Source of the DNA: Malacoraja senta
Taxonomy: Eukaryota
Assembly (NCBI GenBank): GCA_038087875.1
Contig: JAXLNO010000320.1
Span: 248,001 to 310,000, forward strand
Reading direction: 5' to 3'
DNA length: 62,000 nt
Below, piece after piece: positions 51,001-62,000 of this stretch (position 1 is its first letter; the number at the start of each line of letters is the position of its first letter). The notes below the pieces were generated by a model that saw only the letters and a list, made by a program, of their open reading frames with translations, was not told the DNA's origin and ran no database searches. The position numbers were made by a program, and so were the translations under genes.

Positions 51001-52249
51001 TACATATCTATGACATTCACAATTCTTGTGAATACAAGCTGAAAAATAGTGTTTTGTGCAGTTTAGAAGAGTATTAATGCTAAAATCAGCACTAAAAAAT
51101 GTTTATGGAGATGAGGAATATGATGCAAGAGTGCCATTTTACATCCTTCCCCAGCTGGCACCACACACCAACATTATTATTCCTTTGCATTGTTCCTTTG
51201 CAATGCATTGTTGAGTCCTGGATACTGTGAACAACTGTGCCTCAGCAAACTACATATCAGTAATTATCCATTTCCAATGGACCGGAGATTTTTTATGGGG
51301 GCAGAGTTGCTAAAAGATTCAAATTTGACTGGAACATATTAATTTCTTGACAAAAATAAATAAAACAGCTGAAAACTTTAAAGGAAATAACCTAGCAGAT
51401 AATAAGAGACTTAAATTTGGTCTGAAGTGTTTATCTTGGCATTGTTAAGTTGGAGGAGTATGAATTAAACAAGATCTACAGACTCAAAATTCAGCTAACT
51501 AAATTCAGTATGAAGATAAATTTTAAACGGCTTAAACGGCTGTTATTGTGTGCACTAAATTAAAAGTGCACTTTCCGAGTATACCAAACTGTCCTCAAAC
51601 CGTATTAAGGAGAAATCTAGCAGACAACCCCCACTGTCTGAATACTTGTTGCCTGGATATACCGTCCACTATGTCCCACCCAGACTATCGCAGTTTGGGA
51701 AAGACTCTTCAAATTATAATTTGGTTTCATCCTACTTCTCAGTCACTTTCTCCACCTTTGAGAATCTTACTCAGTTCCACTACTCTTTACACATTTAAAA
51801 TTATCTGACTCTCATCCAAGTGCCTTAAACATTTTCTCATTGAGATATCTTCACTTCTTTCCACCCTCACATTCTACTTCTAATTCAGAAAGATTTTAAT
51901 CTCCATTAAATTCCCCCTTCAGGAATTGACTGATATCCTACTTAATTATTCTCCCTCACTCCTTAAGCTCTCTGCACATAAACATTTCCCTCTTGATATG
52001 CCATTCCTGTGAATGCAGACCCAGAAAGCTTTCACCGTGTCCTCGGACTACTCACCATTCATCCCCTCAACCCCTAGCCCATTCCACCTTGCTCCTTTTT
52101 ATCACTGCCCTCCAAGGAATAAGCTTTTTTATACAATTCACATTCAAAACCCACTTGTTTATTCTTTGGTCCCCTGTTAACCAGGAGATTTCTGCAACTA
52201 CAAATCTGGGCAACAATTCTCTTGCCTTTATTTTTCATGTCTTAGTCCT

Positions 52250-52720
52250 TGTATAGACTCATATTTTCACTAAAACACATCTTAAATCACAAAACAACAT
52301 CCCACATGTTTATGACATAGATTATCTATCCTGCCTTATCCTTCCAAATTTACCTGCAGACTTTGATACTGCCAATTACACTTCCACTATCATCAATTGA
52401 ATGGAACCATTCTCATCTATCAGATCCATGCCAAAGAATCACCAGTAATAATTTCCCTTCCCATTAATTCAGGTTTTACAAAGGTCTCGCCTTAGACCCC
52501 ACTATTTCCATACATATATTTTTGTAATCACACGTACAGAGAAAACCTCATATGATTTTCGACAACATCACCTGAAAACTCAGAAATAGCTTTCACACGT
52601 ATGCTGAAGACATTCATTTCTACTCCTCCACTGCCACTCCATTTCACTGCTTCAAAACTGTCGAAATGCTCGACCATTTTCAAGAACTGGATCAGCAGAA
52701 CTTTTCTCCAGCATCTTCAG
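52250..52720 (+). mobile_element. Ancient L2/CR1-group RT fossil (probably extends about 51600-53190)
   Basis: Degenerate motifs in the right order: LILPNLPADFDT (for LDLSAAFDT), a GVPQGSxLGPLLF-like remnant at about 52470-52510, and FHTYAEDIHFY (for YADD). Confidence 0.55.
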
Positions 52721-53699
52721 TTCCAAAATTGATCTTTATCGGGTCATTTTTCACAACATGATCGTATTTCAGTTACATATTGACACCACCAAAAACCACA
52801 ACCCCCTTAACATCTTGCATGTCTTATACCTCTGGATAGTGTTCCTCATCCTACAGTGAAAACTTTGCCCTAACGCATACCATCGTCTTTTTCCTTCCTC
52901 GTGTCTCCATACTTCTATTATTGTTGCTTATTGACATACATCAGCTCTCAGTTAAGCCACACGTCAGATTCAAAACACTCACCTTTGCATCTAACTCTCT
53001 CAGCACCTTCATTTCTTTCCACCTTCAAAGCTCATCATTGCTGCTATACTCCAATTTATTTGCTTCTCCTGACTTTATTTGAATTGACTTTTGCTGACCT
53101 TAATCACTCCACTGTCATCAGCCATGACTGAAACTCTTAAGGTGCTAAGTTCTCAATGCCTTCCTCTCTTTCCTTCACCGCTCACTTAAATTTTTTTAAA
53201 TGTAGCTTCTTTTCGTCAGTCATTCAGCACAGAAACAGGCCCTCGGGCCCAACTCATCCATGCCAACCTAGACGCCCTATGTAAGCTAGCCCCATTTGCC
53301 CACATTTTGTCCTTATCCCCCTAACATCTCCTATCCATGTATCTTGTCGTATTTTAGTCATGTAAGTCTTAATAGACACAAAAAGTTGGAGTAACTCAGA
53401 ACCTTCCATGTCTCTCGTTTCCCTCTTCCCTGACTTTCAGTCTGAAGAAGAGTCTCGGCACAAGACGTCGACTATTCCTTTTCTCCAGAGATGCTGCCTG
53501 ATCTCCTGACTTACTCCAGTTTTTTTGTGTCTAGTTCTGGAAAATGAGATACTAGAGATAGGTAGTTCACGGCTGTCATGGCCACGCTGGGCCAAAGACC
53601 TCATCTGACACTCTGACAATTTAAACTACAGTACTTCTTGATTGTACTTGCTTGACAAATCGTGTACCGGTTTGTACGACAATAAGACAATTAGTTTGC

Positions 53700-54180
53700 A
53701 TCCTGCGGGCTTCTGAAGCTGAACCGATCAAGCCAAGCCGGAGTGCGATGGCCAGCGTGCGGCTGTGCACCGACCGACAATCGGTGCACGGCCCTGGTGG
53801 ACGACTGCTAAGTCTCGGACTCCATCGCTTCATAAACACTCCCCGAGGAGCAGTTAAAAAGGCTGCCAAGCCGTACTTGACTGAGTCCGGCGCCGTCGCA
53901 CTGTCAGCGTGTTCCCGGTTCCCCGCCGCGCCGCCCCGTTCCCCCTCTGCCGGTCAATGTGCCCCCCGCCGTCCTATCGGAGTCTCACCTTCTCAGGTCT
54001 CCCGCTCTCCGCCGCCGTCCTGTCAGCGCGTCTCCGTCTCGAGCAGCTGTCGTCCGTTGTCGTTGTCGTTGTCGTCGCCGCCGCGCACGCGCCCTCCCCA
54101 CTGCCCTCCCGCCAATGCGCAAGCGCGCGCCAGCACCAACACCAACAACCCCCCCAGAGAACCCCCCACAAGCTCGAGAA
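53700..54180 (-). promoter_or_regulatory. TBC1D24: CpG island / putative TBC1D24 promoter
   Basis: Non-repeat CpG-dense stretch; CCAAT at 54112-54116, NRF1-like TGCGCAAGCGC at 54116-54126, GC/CT boxes; upstream of the coding exons on the minus strand. Confidence 0.75.
53989..54100 (-). other. TBC1D24: Putative non-coding first exon of TBC1D24 (5' boundary approximate)
   Basis: Strong donor GAAG|GTGAGA at 53989/53988 inside the CpG island. Confidence 0.65.
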
Positions 54181-54444
54181 GGTGATGTCCCTGGAGTCAC
54201 CTTAAAACATAAATCTGTAGCTGCTTGACGCAAATAGTTGGCGCTTCACAACGCCAAACTATAATAGACGTTAAAATTGCTCACTGGATTAGGTGAATGC
54301 ACACAGTCCCTTCCCCAGAGTAGGGGGATCGAGAATTAAAGAGCACCGGTTTAAGGTGAGGGGGAAACGATGAAATGGGAATCTGGGAGCAAATTTTACT
54401 CAAAGCGAGTGGTGCACATATGGAACAAGCTGCCAGAGGAAGAG

Positions 54445-55160
54445 TTAAAGAAGGAACTGCAGATGCTGGAAAATCGAAGGTACACAAAAATGCTGGAGAA
54501 ACTCAGCGGGTGCAGCAGCATCTATGGAGCGAAGGAAATAGGTAACGTTTCGGGCCGAAACCCTTCTTCAGACTGATAGGGGGTGGGGAGAAGAAAGGAA
54601 AAAAGGAAAAAGGCGGAGGAGGAGCCCGAGGGCTGGGGGAGGGGAGGAGACAACCCCTCCCCCAGATGGCTGATGAAGGGGAGGGGACAGCAAGGGCTAG
54701 CAGAATTGGGAGAATTCAATGTTCAAACCCCCAGGATGTAGACTGCCCAAGCGGAATATGAGGTGCATTTCCTCCAATTTACGGTGTTGCTGTTGTGGCC
54801 ATGGAGGAGACCCAGGACAGAGAGGTCAGATACGGAATGGGAGGGGGAGTTGAAGTGCTGAGCCACCGGGAGTTCAGGTTGGTTATTGCGGTCCGACCGG
54901 AGGTGTTCGGCGAAACGATCGCCAAGCCTCCGCTTGGTCTCACCGATGTAAATCAGCTGGCATCTAGAGCAGCGAATGCAATAGATGAGGTTGGAGGAGA
55001 TGCAGGTGAACCTCTGTCGCACCTGGAACGACTGCTTGGGTCCTTGAATGGAGTGGAGGGGGGAGGTGAAGGGACAAGTGTTGCATCTCTTGCGGTTGCA
55101 AGGGAAAGTACCAGGGGAGGGGGTGGTATGGGAGGGAAGGGAAGAATTGACAAGGGAAGA
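54445..55160 (-). mobile_element. Penelope-like element 3' part (GIY-YIG + terminal repeat), nested in a CR1 tail
   Basis: RFTCISSNLIYCIRCSRCQLIYIGETKRRLGDRFAEHLRS...VAQHFNSPSHS. Confidence 0.88.
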
Positions 55161-55414
55161 GATTGGGCCAGGTACAATAACAACGTTTTAAAAAACGTTT
55201 GGACAGGTACGTGGATACGACATAAAATAGTACAGCACAGGAACAGGTCATTTGGTCTAAGTCTGTGTCAAACATGATGCCAAGATAAGCTATGTGAATA
55301 TGTGATTCTGTTCCATTCTGTTTTGTAGTTTTCTTGCACAATCCGCAAGCATCTCGTATGTGTATGTGACGAATAAACCTGAACTAATCTCATCCACCTA
55401 CACATTGTTCGTAT

Positions 55415-58400
55415 CAGTGATAGAAATGGGTTTTAGGAACTAGGGGTAGTCTAACGTCTGTGAGGCTGATGTTGGGAAGGAAGGGGGGGGGGGGATTTTC
55501 TATGTGCGGTCATACCCACATAAGAGTACAAGAATGCATAACTTGTTTATTGTGTATTTATAATATAGTTTATTGTGTATTATATGTCATAGCTACTTTC
55601 TTGCATCTCTCTCTCTCTCTCAGACGGACGAAAGCAATGATCATAGAGTGGAATAGATGACATTTCGGGTCGAGACCCTTCTTCAGACTGACAGTCAAGG
55701 GAAAGGGAAACGGGAGATATAGGCATATCTTCCATTCATTTGTCCTTAGTACCGCCTATATCTTTTGTTCCTCTTTCCCCAGACAATCTGAAGAAGGGTC
55801 TCGACCCGAAATGTCATCTATTCCACTCTATGATCGTTGCTTTCGTCTGTCTGTCCGCTCGTTCGCTCACCCTTGGATTAAGTAGCGCAGGATAAAGCTG
55901 TGAATTCACGCCATTCCCCTCCCATTCCCAATCTGACCTTTCTGTCCTGGGCCTCCTCCATTGTCAGAGTGAGGCCCAAGCCAAATTGGAGGAACAGCAC
56001 CTCATATTTCGCTTGGGTACCCCAGCGGTATGAACATTGACTTTGCTAACTTCAAATAGCCCTTGCTTTCCCTCTCTCTCCATCCCCTCCCCTTCCCAGT
56101 TCTCCCACCAGTCTTACTGTCTCCGACTGCATTCTATCTCTGTCCCACTCATCCCTGACATCAGTAGGAAAAAGGGTCTCGACCCGAAACATCACCCATT
56201 CCTTCTCTCCAGAGATACTGCCTGTTCCGTTGAGTTATTCCAGCATTTTACATAGATACATAGAAAATAGGTGCAGGAGTAGGCCATTCAGCCCTTCGAG
56301 CCATTCAATGTGATCATGGCTGATCATCCACAATCAGTACCCCATTCCTGCCTTCTCCCCATATCCCTTGCTTCCACTAGCCCTAAGAGCTCTATCTAAC
56401 TTTCTTTTGAATGCATCCAATGAGTCGGCCTCCACTGCCTTCTGAGGCAGATAATTCCACAAATTCACAACACTCTGGGTGAAAAGGTTTTTCCTCATCT
56501 CAGTTCTAAATGGCCTACCCCGTGTTCTTAAACTGTGGCCCTTGGTTCTGGACTCCTGCAACATCAGGAACATGTTTCCTGCATCTAGCATGTCCAATCC
56601 CTTAATAATTTTATGTTTCTATAAGATACCCTCTCATCCTTCTAAATTCCAGTGGATACAAGCCCAGTCGTTCCATTCTTTATTCATATGACATTTCTGC
56701 CATCCCGGGAATTAACCTCGTGAACCTACGTTGCACTCCCTCAATAGCAAGAATGTCCTTCCTCAAATTAGGAGACCAAAACTGCACACAATACTCCAGG
56801 TGTGGTCTCACCAGGGCCCTGTACAACTGCAGAAGGACCTCTTTGCTCCTATACACAAATCCTATCATTATGAAGGCCAACATGCCATTAGTTTTCTTCA
56901 CTGCCTGCTGTTTCTTGCATGCTTACTTTCAGTAACTGGTGAACAAGTACACCCAGGTCTCGTTGCACTTCCCCTTTTCCTAATCTGACACCATACAGAA
57001 GAAGGGTCTCGACCCGAAACGTCACCCATTCCTTTGCTCCAGAGATGCTGCCTGACCCGCTGAGTTACTCCAGCATTTTGTGTCTACCTGCCAATCAGAT
57101 GATAATCTGCCTCTTGTTTTTGCCACTAAAGTGGATAACCTCACATTTATCCACATTATACTGCATCTGCCATGCATCTTCCCACTCACCCAACGTATCC
57201 AACTCGCCTTGCATCATCATAGCACAGTTCACACTACCATCCAGCTTTGTGCCATCTACAAATTTGCTAATGTTACTTTTAATTCCTTCATCTAAATCAT
57301 TAATATATATTGTGAATAGCTGCGGTCCCAGCACCGAGCCTTGAGGCACCCCACTAGTCACTACCTGCCATTCTGAAAGGGAACCGTTAATTCCTACTCT
57401 TTGTTTCCTGTCTGCCAACCAATTTTCTATCCATGTCAATACCCTACCCCCAATACCATGTGCTCTGATTTTGTCCACTAATCTCCTGTGTGGGACCTTA
57501 TGAAAGGCTTTCTGAAAGTCCAGGTACACTACATCCACTGGCTCTCCCTTATCCATGTTACTGTCTACCTGAACTTAGTTGTTAGGGATAACATCCATTT
57601 CTTTTCATTCATTTTTGAATGACAAATAATTTCAATTCAATTCAAAATGTACAGGTCTATTACCAAAAAGATCTTGGAACATTTCACATTGTTTGTCAAT
57701 GCTCTGCATAGTCTACTCTTCTGCCTCACTTTCCCAAAGTTTACTTAAATTTAGAGCCTTGTTTTCTGACATCCTTCTCCCTCTTAACTAGTATATCAAA
57801 TACCATTCAACGATGACTGCTAGCCAAGCGTTACTGCACCATTAACTAATTGACCAACTCAGACTAATTATTCATTATTTTTGTTAGCTGAAGGACATAT
57901 CGTTCCAGAAAAATTGAATACAATATTCTAACTATGGCACAACCAACGATTTATACAAGTTTTCTATTAGGTTCTTAAGCATTATTTCCCATTTGAAAAT
58001 GTAGCATATCATTTGCTTTTGAAGGTTTGTATATCTGAACCCTGATTTTTTAAATGTGCACATTTTATGCATCTCCTTTCTCCAAAATACCTCCCAAAAT
58101 ACATCATTGAGTTTTCGAGAACGGGCAGAGCGGGGGAGAGCGGCGGAGAGGGGAGAGCAGCGGAGAGGGGAGAGCGGCGGAGAGGCAGGGAGGCACGGAG
58201 GCAGGGAGGCACGGAGACAAGGAGGCACATAAACTAACGTGGAATAATAAAATAACGTGACTTTACCTGAGCCCGTGCTCGCGGTCCGGTAGCCCTGACC
58301 GTGAGTTTAAGAAATTCTCCCTTGAATTTTATTCAAAGGAACGCAGTGTTAAAACACAATTACATTTACTGAGGAATGTGGATCGATGTATTGATGACAC

Positions 58401-58723
58401 ATTGTATAACTACTGTTAACTACTGGCTGTTAACAAGCGCTAACAGTGGCAGTTAACAAATCGTTTTTCGTTAGCGGAGTCAGGGGATATGGGGAAGGAA
58501 CGGGGTACTGATTGGGGATGATCAGCCATGATCACATTGAATGGCGGTGCTGGCTCAAAGGGCCGAATGGCCTACTCCTGCACCTATTGTCTATTGTCTA
58601 TTGTCTGAGTTGAATAAAGTGAGAAACGGCTCGAATCTTTCTGCAGTACTCATTAAACCCGAGCTGGAAATTGAAAACTAGGGGAACGCTGTACCCCTGC
58701 GTATCCCCCCATTTCCATCACTG
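55415..58723. mobile_element. hAT-superfamily non-autonomous DNA transposon with nested Penelope and CR1 pieces
   Basis: 16-bp TIRs CAGTGATAGAAATGGG / CAGTGATGGAAATGGG; perfect 8-bp TSD GTTCGTAT at 55407-55414 and 58724-58731. Confidence 0.92.
56252..57560 (-). mobile_element. CR1 LINE RT 3' part
   Basis: VYLDFQKAFHKVPH, GVPQGSVLGPQLF, KFVDGTKL, RPHLEYCVQFWSP. Confidence 0.9.
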
Positions 58724-58785
58724 GTTCGTATCCATCGATTTCCTGTATATCCATGTATATATCTAAAAGCCTCTTAAATATTAGC

Positions 58786-59100
58786 CACACACTCATCTCT
58801 CTGCTGCCTTCAGGTAGAAGGTACAGGAGCCTGAAATCTGCAACAATCAGGTTCAGGAATAGCTACTTCCCCACAGCCATCAGACTATTAAACTCAACTC
58901 AAACAAAATCTGAACTTTAATTAGCCTACTGCACTTTATATGTTTATTTATGTGTGTATATATATATATTCAATGGTATATGGACACACTTATCTGTTCT
59001 GTATTATTTATGCCTGCAATATTCTGTTGTGCTGAAAGCAAAGCAAGAATTTCATTGTCCTATCTGGGACACATGACAATAAACTATCTTGAATCTTGAA
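58786..59100 (+). mobile_element. Rex-Babar 3' tail
   Basis: Closely matches 47080-47400; ends ATGACAATAAACTATCTTGAATCTTGAA. Confidence 0.8.
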
Positions 59101-59939
59101 TATTACTATTATATCTGCCTCCACCATCACCCTGGCAACATGTTCCAGGCCTTTCATCAAAAGGTTTTCACTAATTTGGCAGTGTACCAGTCATCTGTTG
59201 AACTATCCTGGCAACAGTGGAGACAAAAAAAAAGTCAGTGTTAAATCCTCATCAGTTTACACATCCATAACGAGCTAATCGCAACACTGACATCAACCTC
59301 ACTATGAACTGAAGTGCAAGTACTTACTGAAAGTGGATAAAATCCATAAAATCCATAAACTGCATCAGCAATACTCTATACAACTACTCGACACTGGAGC
59401 ATTACACCATCAGTAGACATAGCAAACTCATACAGTAAATAATACACAATTATTTCGAAACATTTCGGGAATAGGAACATTTTTCAACAAGGAAAATATA
59501 CTATTGGTTGATAAATTACTGGTTGAGCCACAACCAGAGTACTGGAAGCTTGTGTTAAATACTGGACCCCACAAGGTAGAAAAGAACGGAACTGAAAAAA
59601 AATATGAAGACTTTCTTGGTCAACATTGAAGTGATGAATCAAGTGATCTCCTGTTCTTCCATAAGTTTCAATGAATCGGATAGCTCCTTTTGGCATGATC
59701 TATAAATGACCCTCTTCAGTGACACAGAATTCTATGTGCAGGAAGAAACTGCAGATGTTGGTTTAAACTGAAGATAGACACAAAATGCTGGAGTAACTCA
59801 GCGGGACAGGCAGCATCTCTGGAGAGAGATGACTCTGGTTAGGCAATTCTTCAAGTTAAAAAAATGTGTCCTTGTTTTTGAGATCCCTCAAATCACCTTT
59901 TGCCTTTCTCATGTCTGTGAACCCTCTGACTAATGCACT

Positions 59940-62000
59940 AGAGTCATAGTTATAGAGTGATATAGTGTGGAAACAGGTCCTTCGGCCCAACTTGCCCACA
60001 CCGGCCAACATATCCCAGCTACACTAGTCCCACCTATCCACGTTTGGTCCATATTCCTCCAAACCTGTCCTATCCATGTACAAATGTGTAAGAAGGAACT
60101 ACAGATGCTGGTTTAAACCGAAGATAGACACAAAAAGCTGGAGTAACTCAGCAGGACAGGCAGCATGTCTGCAGAGAAGGAATGGGTACCTGTCTAATTG
60201 TTTCTTAAATGTTGGGATAGTCCCTGCCTCAACTACCTCCTATGGCAGCTTGTTTCATACACCCACCACCCTTTGTGTAAAAAAGTTGCTCCTCAGATTC
60301 CTATTAAATCTTTTCCCCTTCACCTTAAATCTATGTCCTCTGGTCCTCCATCCCCCTATGCTGGGCAAGAGACCCTGTGCATCTACCCGATCTATTCCTC
60401 TCATGATTTTATACACCTCAATAAGATCCCCCCTCATCCTCAAGGAATAGAGTCCCAGCCTGCTCAACCTCTCCCTATAGCTCAGACCCTCTAGCCCAGG
60501 CAACATCCTTGTAAATCTTCTCTGTACCATTTCCAGCTTGACAACATCTTTCCTGTAACATGGTGCCCAGAACTGAACACAATACTCTAAATGTGTCCTC
60601 ACCAACGTCTTATACAACTACAACATGACCTACCAACTTCTATACTCAATACTCTGACTGATGGCCAATGTGCCAAAACGCCTTTTTGACAATCCTATCT
60701 ACCTGCGACTTCACCTTCAAGGAACCATGCACCTACACTCCTAGATCCCTCTGCTCTACAACACTCCCCAGACCCCTACCATTCACTGTGTAGGTCTTGC
60801 ACATGTTAGACTTTCCAACACGCAACACCTCACATTTCTCTATATTAAATTCAATCAAACATTCCTCGGCCCACCTGGCCAATCGATCAAGATCCTGCTG
60901 CAATTTTTCACAACCATCTTCACCATCTGCAAATCCACCCACTTTTGTATCATCTGCAAACTTGCTAATCTTGCCGTGTATGTTCTCATCCCAATCATTG
61001 ATATAGATGACATACATGAACGGGCCCAGCACCGAACCCTGAAGCACACCACTAGTCACAGGCCGACACAAAATGCTGGAGTAACTCAGCAGGACTCTGA
61101 GTTACTCCAGCATTGTGTGTCTACCTTTGATTTAAACCAGCATCTGCAGTTCTTTCTTACACACTAGTCACAGGCCTCCAATCTGAGAAGCAACCTTCCA
61201 GCATCACCCTCTGCTTCCACCCATGAAGCCAATTTTCTATCCATTCAGCTTCCTCTCCTTGGATACCATGCGATCTAACCTTCCAGAGCAGCCTACCATG
61301 CGGAACCTTGTCGAATGCTTTGCTGAAGTCCATATATACATCTACAGGTCTACCCTCATTGACCTTTTTGGTCACGTCTTCAAAAAACTCAATCAGACAC
61401 GACCTCCCATGTACAAACCCGTGCCGACTGTCCCTAATCGGCCCTTGTTCGTCCAAATGCCGTTTGTCCAAACCCATGTCTGAATATCCCTAATCAGCCC
61501 TTGTTCGTCCAGCATTTTCCCTGCAGCCCTTCTTGAATAGAGGCACAACATTTGCCATCCTCCAGTCTATCGGCACCTCTCCAGTATTTAAAGCCGACTC
61601 GTAAATTTCAACCATGGCTCCCGCAATTTCATCTCTGGTTTCCCACAATGTCTTCGGATATAGCTGATCAGGCCCTGGAGATTTGTTTACCTTCATACAG
61701 GATAATACCTTCAGCACCTCTTCGACCCGTAACACTGCTCTCAAGACTCTTCCATTGACTGCCTCAAGTTCCTCTGTCCTCCTGTCTTTCTCCTCAGTAA
61801 ATACATAGGAGAAATACTCATTGAGGACCTTGCCCATCTCCTGTGGCTCAACACAGAATTGACCACTTTGATTCCTGAGGGGTCCCACTCTCTCTCGTTA
61901 CCCTTTTCCCCCTTATGTATTTATAAAATCTCTTGGGATTGCCCTTAATGCTACCTGCCAGAGCTATCTCCTAGCCCCTTTTTGCCCTTCTGATTTCCTT
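59940..62000 (-). mobile_element. CR1 LINE ORF2 (RT), decayed, runs off the window end
   Basis: KSPGPDQLYP, VPIDWRMANVVPLFKKG, YMDFSKAFDKVPH, QGSVLGP, KFADDTK, HLEYCVQFW. Confidence 0.92.

Noticed and set aside
53652..54233. ORFs across the CpG island
   Set aside because: Low-complexity GC-driven frames with no recognisable homology; better explained as promoter and 5' UTR.

Overview
Vertebrate genomic DNA, most likely a cartilaginous fish (skate/ray-like; inferred from HE1/V-type SINEs and the CR1, Rex-Babar, Penelope and Tx1 repeat mix). One host gene is present: TBC1D24 on the minus strand. It has a CpG-island promoter and non-coding exon at about 54.0 kb and six canonical GT-AG coding exons between 37331 and 20422 (1728 nt, 575 aa, TBC + TLDc domains). 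Two candidate frame-preserving microexons (21 nt and 6 nt) lie in the inter-domain linker. The rest is densely packed with transposable elements. Highlights: (1) a TSD-bounded Tx1-clade LINE whose 5' end is the first 56 nt of U1 snRNA with a compensatory stem change, and whose ORF2 has an in-frame RT deletion, nested inside another Tx1 that is inside a Penelope element; (2) a BCL7 exon-1 fragment with its splice donor carried behind a hAT-type terminal inverted repeat (Pack-TIR-like capture); (3) dispersed Penelope terminal repeats with a minimal hammerhead-ribozyme core. Comparisons to known sequences are from memory; no database search was run.
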